DNA of 57,379 bases, the filler included, from Sphacelaria rigidula (Eukaryota): the NCBI GenBank assembly GCA_964200075.2. It is 7 parts of 7 records of this genome, joined end to end, with 100 filler letters (N's around TTAATTAATTAA, not from the genome) between each part and the next. Parts side by side here need not be neighbours in the genome. Positions count along the whole stretch, not along the records: positions 49,270 to 57,379 come from CAXNAA020012267.1; 6 more parts are not named here. One strand, written 5' to 3'. Below, piece after piece: positions 50,378 to 57,379 of this stretch. Both the position numbers and the translations under genes were made by a program. The notes beneath the pieces were generated by a model. That model was not told where the DNA came from. It did no database searches and worked only from the letters and a program-made list of their open reading frames with translations. The stretch's first letter is position 1; the number at the start of each line of letters is the position of its first letter.

Positions 50378-50685
50378 GCCACAACCCGATGGTCCAATGG
50401 TACAACTGACACCATTAGGGCGAGGAAAACGTATGCTCGAATCCCACCAAGTGTGTCTAGTTTGGCTTTCTTTCTCAGATCTGATTTCCGTTGTTGAAAA
50501 CATGAGGGCGTGAGAACACAAAAGAATAGTGTGTTCGGCTGAGTTTGTTTGGCGACAGTCGAAGCGGTGCGGGAGTGTTGGCCATGATCCATTCCTCAAT
50601 ATCAAAATATATGGCGTGTACCGAGGAGAGATCGGCTGATCCCTCGAGATCGCCCACCCGTCCCGCGGGAGGGGAGGAGGTAAAT
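50378..50685 (+). mobile_element. SINE family B copy
   Basis: Degenerate A/B boxes (tggtccaatgg; gctcgaatccc) and 3' motif gagatcggctgatccctcgaga. Confidence 0.68.
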
Positions 50686-51117
50686 GTGAGAAATAAGACG
50701 TGAGAACAACAAAAAAGGAAGACTGTAGGGTTCACACGAACACGGTTGATATAATCCAACCTAATACACAGCCCTCGTGAAATGGCCACCTCATACTGGG
50801 GTTTTCCGTAATCCTACTGTTTGCCTAGCGTACCACCAGCCAAAATCTTGGCACGACAGCATGGTCTCGTCGACCCGCTTTCTGCGTCAGTGCGGAGGAT
50901 TACCCCACCACCCTGTAGCTCCACGCACTCGATCTCCCCGCATATGAAATTGCAGTACCAATGAAATTGAATCAACAGGGCCCGCTCAGCGTTCAGTGCC
51001 AAAACAGCAAAACCAGAGATTTTTCAATCTACAGCCTACGAGGCCAACGTTACCCACTCGCAAGCTTTCCATTCATATTCAAGCTGACACGCTCCACCTC
51101 CTGTTGCTGCCTAGCAG

Positions 51118-51252
51118 GCGTGCTACTGGGGACACGCTAGTTGCGTGCGGATTCTTCTTGGAGCTGGCGCAAACGTTGGAGCCAAGGATTGTTACGGAAA
51201 CACACCGTCCCAGATATTCGACGACCATGTCCCAGAAACGGTCCTCGACGAG
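51118..51252 (+). CDS. Ankyrin-repeat protein, exon 1 seen
   Basis: tagcag| acceptor. Encodes ACYWGHASCVRILLGAGANVGAKDCYGNTPSQIFDDHVPETVLDE (ankyrin A..GH...V..LL..GA.V...D..G.TP). The 3' end assumes a GC donor. Confidence 0.78.
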
Positions 51253-51500
51253 GCGAGGCAGGCGATGTTCGTCGCACAAAACCCTCAGCGCTGTCAAACC
51301 TAAACTCAGATTTGATGCATGGCTGCACGCACACGATCGACTTCAGCGCCAGAAGTACCACGTAGCTGAATGTATGCCTTCGTTTGAATGAGTGCGGGAT
51401 CTAGTTGCTTTGCACACCACATCATGTTATTCTTCGGGGACTCATCTTATTTGCAGACTTTTCGCTACGGCTTTGGTGACAGCTAGCTAGGATCCACTTT

Positions 51501-51533
<33 letters not shown>

Positions 51534-51539
51534 CGTCAC

Positions 51540-51820
51540 ACTTGTTGACCCTCCCCTTCCTCGAGACGAGTCTGTGGTCTCAAGGAATCAGCCCATTTCC
51601 CCCCCGGTGCAAGCCACGCAACGTTTTATCATGGATTGGATCCGGAATCCCGGGCTGTGTCAACTCTTATCGAACAGAACACGTCTTGCTTCTCGGATTT
51701 TCACGTTTCCGGCGACAGAAATCAGATGTACAAAAACGAAAACATGCCGGGAATGGTACCCGTAGTGTTCGGATCAAAGAGTTGAAGCTGCATATCCCTA
51801 GGTCACCGGGGCGCGGCGGC
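51540..51820 (-). mobile_element. SINE family B, diverged copy
   Basis: Same ends as 6905-7185 (gtggtctcaaggaatcagccca...caccggggcgcggcggc). Confidence 0.68.
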
Positions 51821-51931
51821 TATGTACAAGTTGATCCACATGTTCGACTTTCGTATCGCGTTCAACCACGCATATCTTTGTCCTGACCTCGAGACAACGC
51901 GCCGGGTTTCCGTGGGTTGTGTCGCACTCAG

Positions 51932-52954
51932 ATTCGAGGAATGGTTCGGGAAGTCATTCAGGGCCCCATTTTCACACGGAGCGATCAGAAGCCAGAGAAA
52001 ACATGTTCAAGTTTGGATGTACCGACCCCCGCAGCCGGAGGTACAGATAATCGCCCGTCACCGATTGCCTGTGGGCGCGTGCAGCTGCCTCAATACGCAT
52101 CTAAGTTACAGACCCACTCTGCAGCAATCGGCGGGAGTGGGTTGTCCGCAAGGGATCTCTCAGCCTCCGCGACCCGTGATGTGGAGCAAGGAAAGCAAAC
52201 TGGGAAGCACACGAGTACGGTGGGCACAAGGGTCACCGGGTTCGGGGGCGAAATCGAACCACCTCATACATCCGGCACAGTCGCATCGGCACAAGCCATG
52301 ATGGCGAGCAACTGTACAGCCAACAGGCCGACACGGACAAGTAGTAATGAAGGAGTCACACCGTTGGATGGGACGTTGGGGCAAAAGCACGGGGAAAATG
52401 TTAATAATCGTACTACCCCAAGTGGCTCCCTCGCCCCCTCGCCGTGTCAAGTCATGCCGTGGGACGAGGAGCTCGGCTGTGATAAAGGTGTACCGATAGT
52501 AGGCAAAGAAAATATGAAAGAAGGAAGGATTGAGAGGGGAGTGATTCCCGGCAGGGCAAAGCGCATTTCATCCTCTGAGCGGAGCATTAGCTGTAGGGGG
52601 ATGGGGGGGGGTGGCGCGGGGGAAGGGGACGGGGAAGGGGAGGGGAAGGGAGGTTCGAACGGCCCAGCAGCGACAACGAGCGAGTACCCAGTCAGACCAT
52701 TATCGGCACAACCAGCTAGGCGAAGAACTGAAGTCAAAGTGGACGGCCCTGCCACATCCTCTCTGGGGAATGATGAAATGTTGTCGGTTAGAGCCAATTC
52801 AACAGCCAGCAGAGATGGTGGTGTCCCTGGCTATGGTGGCGATACCTCCCTGAAGGGCGGGGGATTGACCGGTGCAAGCATGGGAACGCTGCAGGCGTAT
52901 ATGAAGGGCCCAGGCGGCAAGCTTGATATTTTTGCGGCGGCGCGGGACGGACAG
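51932..52954 (+). CDS. Ankyrin-repeat protein, 1023-nt exon (disordered linker ending in an ankyrin start)
   Basis: cag|ATT CGA GGA ATG...GGA CAG|gtgcgt, within ORF 51917-52993. G/S/T-rich, ends LDIFAAARDGQ. Confidence 0.8.
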
Positions 52955-54143
52955 GTGCGTAGCACGGTACTGAATGTTTTGATCCTGGTGTAGTCATTTA
53001 TGTCCAAAACTTACCCCTCGAAGTCCCCTGCGCAACATGTTTGAAGGTACAACGTCTGTGAGACTTATTGAAGGAAACCACCAGTGTGGCTTTAGGTGGA
53101 CGGGGTCTATCCAGAGGGGAGTGTGCTAATGGCCTTGCATGCCGTAGTTATGAAAACCATTGACCCCGTATCCCTACAAAGCCGGGACGGAGCGCACCGA
53201 ATTTTCGCGGACCAGGCTCGCACCCAATCATCTAGCGTGAAGCACCGTGGTGTGTTCGGCGACTCGCATGAGTGGTGAGCTGCATCCTGCTGAAATTGTT
53301 CGCCCCGAAGCCTGCTGATTATCTTGCATTTGGATTACACCTTGCAATGAGTTTCTTCATGTACTGGCATCGCCACTTCCAGAGACAGCCACGGCTTACA
53401 CACTGCCTCATGGGTGTCTCGCCATTCAAACGGTACGTAGTAGGATCATCCCCTTTGCGCGGAGTTGAGGTTCTCCCATCCCGCAAAGTATCATCTATTT
53501 TAGCTCGACCACCATCATGATTACTGCAAAAAGCCACAAGCGCGCAGAAAGAACGATAGCCTGGCTGCCTAGCTTGCGCAGTGAGGGGCGTGTTTCACAG
53601 CGTCATTGCTAACCGACGCCAACCCCATAAGGGTTCCATCCATACAGAGCGGGGACGGAGCACGCCGGTTTTCCGCCGGACCAGGCTGAAAGAGGTACGA
53701 TTCTCGACCTGCTGTGTGACGGTTGATCACTGCTTATAGGCGATCAGAGAGCATGGTGTACCCTGGAAATCGACAATTATTATATCCACGCATTCGTCCG
53801 ATCTCTCGAACCCGTGGTCACAGACGTAGGCTCGTCTTTCCAGTACTTTCCCTGCTTTTCCTTACACGACATAGAGTCGGACAATATAATAACTTTGAAG
53901 ACACATGTAGGTGGGTTGTACCGCCCTCTCCCTACGAGCCCCTTACCATGCACCAGTCCTACGTTGTATACGTTGGACATCGGGATCACAGGTGGCTGTC
54001 AGAAGACAAGTATTTCGCCCACGCGCATAACTTTCGGCATGTGTATGAACGCCTTTCCTGGGCCCCGGCACTTCTTGCTTCGGTCGTGCCGTGTTGTACT
54101 TGAGCTCTCTAAGCAAAAAAAACCAGCCCGGGTGCGCCGCCGC

Positions 54144-54189
<46 letters not shown>

Positions 54190-54219
54190 CCTCTCCCTCT
54201 CTTCAACGCACACACACAG

Positions 54220-54419
54220 GTAAGTGTGTTGAAGCAAGCTCTGGCCAATGGCGAAAACAAGGATGCGGTTGACGACAACGGTATGACTCCCATTATGTGG
54301 GCCGCCAGGGCCGGACGGTTATCCACGGCCAAATACCTCTTATCTCAAAAGGCGAGTTTGGTGGCGCGACAGGACGATTCGGGATTCAGCCCGCTGCATT
54401 TTGCAGCGTTTTACTGTCG
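54220..54419 (+). CDS. Ankyrin-repeat protein, exon 3 seen
   Basis: (CT)n tract then cag|...|gtgag. Encodes VSVLKQALANGENKDAVDDNGMTPIMWAARAGRLSTAKYLLSQKASLVARQDDSGFSPLHFAAFYC(R). Confidence 0.9.
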
Positions 54420-55188
54420 GTGAGCGGGGCTTAATATTGTCGGTGAAACTTCTGCTCTGAATCTGTCCAATTCTTCCGATCCCAAGACACCAGTTTGACC
54501 TGTGGCAAGCTGAGGTCGAGCCGAGAAGCTTGGAAAAACTGACAAATGGAAACTCGGAAAGATGGAGATGAAGGCCATTCGGAAAGACGGGGACTTTGTT
54601 TCCAAAACCTGGAGCAGACGACGAAGTGGAGGGATAGGTTTAATCCTACACAAACGCATATGTCGTTCAAAACGGGCCCAAGAACAGAAGATCGTTCGAT
54701 GGCGTCTCTTGCCGCCTCGGTACCACTACCGTATCTGTGTTTGATAGCTCTTCATTTTGAAGAGTTCAAAACGCTTGTCGGGTCCAGTTCGACAAAACCA
54801 AAAAAGGAACGTCAAAGCGCACACAGCAGCAGTCACACGGCTATGTCTGAGCCGGAGCAAGCTTCACCAAGGTCGCCTGTCGCCTGATTGCATTAATGGC
54901 GATCGATTGAGAAAATATGTATGTGCCGGTTCACAGTAGGGAATGTGGGCGTCAGTGCTCTCCCCACCTAGAAGTATGATCTCCCTCGTACCTCGCCATG
55001 CAAGCATGTGCCGCAGGGCTCGGTGTCTTTTCAATATCATCCACCTTTTGTTTTGCTTTGTGGTGTCAGTCTTGCCTGAAGGGGTTAGTCCTAGCTCTAT
55101 ACTGCAGTGTCCACGCTTTCTCGTGAGCACAGCGTGCCCCGTGAAGTGCAATGCGGATTCGCCAATCACTCGTCGCTGATTCATGCAG

Positions 55189-55293
55189 GAGCTCTGTTGT
55201 GCGAGAGCTGGTGCTTGCTGGGGCAGACACAAGTGCAACGGACAATCAAGGGAAGATGCCTGGACAAAGATTCCAGCTTGTGTCATATTTAAG
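55189..55293 (+). CDS. Ankyrin-repeat protein, exon 4 seen
   Basis: cag|...|gttagt, in phase. Encodes SSVVRELVLAGADTSATDNQGKMPGQRFQLVSYL. Confidence 0.82.
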
Positions 55294-55602
55294 GTTAGTC
55301 AACTACCGTACCGGAGAGAATGCGTACGAAGCAACGTCGCAATTGTTCACGGCCGTTTGATCGCACTCGAGCAGATGAAAACATAACTGTTTCTTGACGT
55401 TTGCCCGGTGTAGATGTATAGTTCACACTGTTATCCAGACACCTGCCGCTAGTAGACTGTCGCATGTAGCTTTCATTAGTGCAGATTCTCACGGCGTGTC
55501 TCACTTGGAAACATCTCGGTAAATGGAGGGAATTCGTATGACCAAAAAAGAGCGTTTTCCGAAACTCTCTAATGTATTGAGTTTTTTTTGTCATGTACGT
55601 AT

Positions 55603-56000
55603 TCCCTCCATTTTCTCCGGACGAGTCCGTCAGTTAAAGGGATCAGCCCATCTCTCTCCCGTCACACGCCTTTAAGCCTTGGATGGCGAGAATAGGTCAT
55701 CTGTTGAATCGGCATCAATTTCATTTGAAAAAAGGATGCATGATCCAGATGGACGACCCTCGCGGTCTAAGGGTTGGTTTTGGTATGGCGGGTTGGATCA
55801 TGGCCTGCACTCCCGCATCGCGTTGGATCTCGTCAGATAACGTCTCTTCTTACTCACGTATGCCCTGAAGTTTTCGTCGATGGACATCAGAAACTTCTCA
55901 GAATAAAACATACTATCGCGTCTGCCGTAGAATCGAACCCCTCTTCTTTCGACGCCATTGATATCGGTCGTACCAATTCGACCACCGGAAACGCAGCGGC
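55603..56000 (-). mobile_element. SINE family B copy interrupted by a TTAA MITE
   Basis: aagggatcagcccatctctc...gaatcgaacccc...caccggaaacgcagcggc, with an insert at 55672-55775. Confidence 0.65.
55672..55775. mobile_element. Same MITE family, nested in a SINE
   Basis: Same core. Right end ctcgcggtctaagggtt. Confidence 0.72.
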
Positions 56001-56392
56001 TTCAAAGATGCCCATTAGATCCATCATTGCCAGCTCCGGAGAGCACCGAAAACCCTTAGCCTCATTACTAACAACCACACGCGCCTTCACTGAGCTACCG
56101 AACGTTTTTTGCGGGTGATCGTTGGTCTAAAGTTGGTCTTCATGGTGCGCAGTCCCATTGCTTGCCTGTCGTTGCCGTAGCCTACGAACTGAAGGATATC
56201 ACCTCCATCCGAAAATCCAAAATAATCGACGTGGATGATTTTCTCTCTATTATTTGCCCTGTGGTGACGCCTCGTATCGCGTAAGTGGCGATTGTTTTTG
56301 ACAAACAGCAGAAGCATGTACGGTCAGGTGACGACCAGGCTGCCCACGTGTGGGCTGCGATATACTGTAGGAGTATCACTCTGCCGCAAATA

Positions 56393-56685
56393 ACAAGGTT
56401 TTCGTGACATTGAGTGTAGAGGATACGATTGAGAGTGAAAAGCGGTCAACTGGTGAATTAATCATTTCAGTTCAAAATACCCCTCGACGAGTCCCAATAT
56501 TTTGCGGTAGCTTGCCACTGAGGCCCTTGATATCCCTGAGCAGCATATCGACGTGTAGCTGTAAGCACACGCCAGTGATACAGGCAAAGCGAAGCACACA
56601 CGGGAGGAAAAAATGCCCGAGTTAAAGCGAATGATCAAAGCCACTATCAATCAGCGCTCTACTCTCAATCTCACGAAAACGTTGT
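56393..56685. mobile_element. ~290-bp MITE, single copy of the 15088 family
   Basis: acaaggttttcgtgacattgagtgtagag...ctctactctcaatctcacgaaaacgttgt. Confidence 0.8.
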
Positions 56686-57379
56686 AAAATACCAAACGCC
56701 ACCAGACCCCTTAAGTCCCAGTGCGCTACGCTAGCGCGAGCGTGTTTCGAGACAGAGAAGCGAACGACGCGGCTGCGACGCTTTGCACAATAAGAAAAAA
56801 GTAGCACAGCGCGATAATCGCTTCCCAAAAGAGTGTTGATGGGCATCACCTTTGCGTTCTGGGTCGTTCGAAGCTTTTTCTTGCGAGCACCAGGTTCGTG
56901 CCGCCCTCTCCATCCTCGACGAGTGTTGGTTTCCACGCTCGCCCGGTGGCAATACCCTCAAAATACGTCAGTTGGGAGCACCCTCCCTCGCGGCAGAAGC
57001 GAATAACAGACGAAAATGTGATGGTGACCGAAGTAGATCACGTCTTCCGGTGTTGCGACAGAAATCAATAGCAGGCGGGAATATGATGTTGACTAAAGGT
57101 GATCCACTTTTTCATTCGCACCGCTTTCTCCCTCGCTCTCACGCGAGTAAAGCTTTGGCGCACTACGACACCGGCGACTTATCACGCGCTTCCTAGCGGG
57201 AGATTTGATGTGGGATGTGGGTGATATGAACAAGACCATGTTTCCGACGCACGGTGAGCCTCAGTTCTGTTTTTTTTTCCTGCCCCCCCCCCTTTATATA
57301 TTAAGCTATACAAGGAGGAACGGGACGTGCTAGAGGGGGAAATGCGAGACGTGAACAAAGGTGGCATGGAATCGTTTGA

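Noticed and set aside
664-55293. Functional gene cluster of PILS, transketolase, SDR, Kelch and ankyrin genes
   Set aside because: Each gene is on a different contig placed by length order.
56181-56240. Further ankyrin-gene exon after a plausible ccgtag acceptor
   Set aside because: No recognisable motif in the required phase and no good donor.

Overview
Eukaryotic, intron-rich and repeat-rich DNA, most consistent with a brown alga (Phaeophyceae). That is an inference from the short exons in kb-long repeat-filled introns and the repeat styles. The window is not one locus. It is seven contigs of 8112, 8112, 8112, 8112, 8111, 8110 and 8110 bp, in decreasing size order, joined by artificial 100-nt spacers (N44-TTAATTAATTAA-N44), so gene neighbourhood across spacers means nothing. 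Partial spliced genes reconstructed by hand with consistent intron phases: a PILS/auxin-efflux-carrier-family transporter (3 exons, minus), the transketolase C-terminus (4 exons), a carbonyl-reductase-type SDR (2 exons), a Kelch-repeat protein (5 exons) and an ankyrin-repeat protein (4 exons). There is also one unidentified Ala/Pro-rich exon. Mobile DNA includes a decayed Ty3/Gypsy integrase region, an RT-deleted LINE, two tRNA-derived SINE families, TTAA- and TA-flanked MITEs and several nested elements. Best leads: (1) the Gypsy integrase tail carries a chromodomain-like module followed by a PWWP-like module; (2) a near-perfect 137-nt intronic hairpin (pre-miRNA or MITE); (3) a CAG|GTAAGT recursive-type splice site; (4) inverted SINE pairs flanking single exons; (5) a probable GC-AG intron. 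No CRISPR array, rRNA or true tRNA gene is supported.
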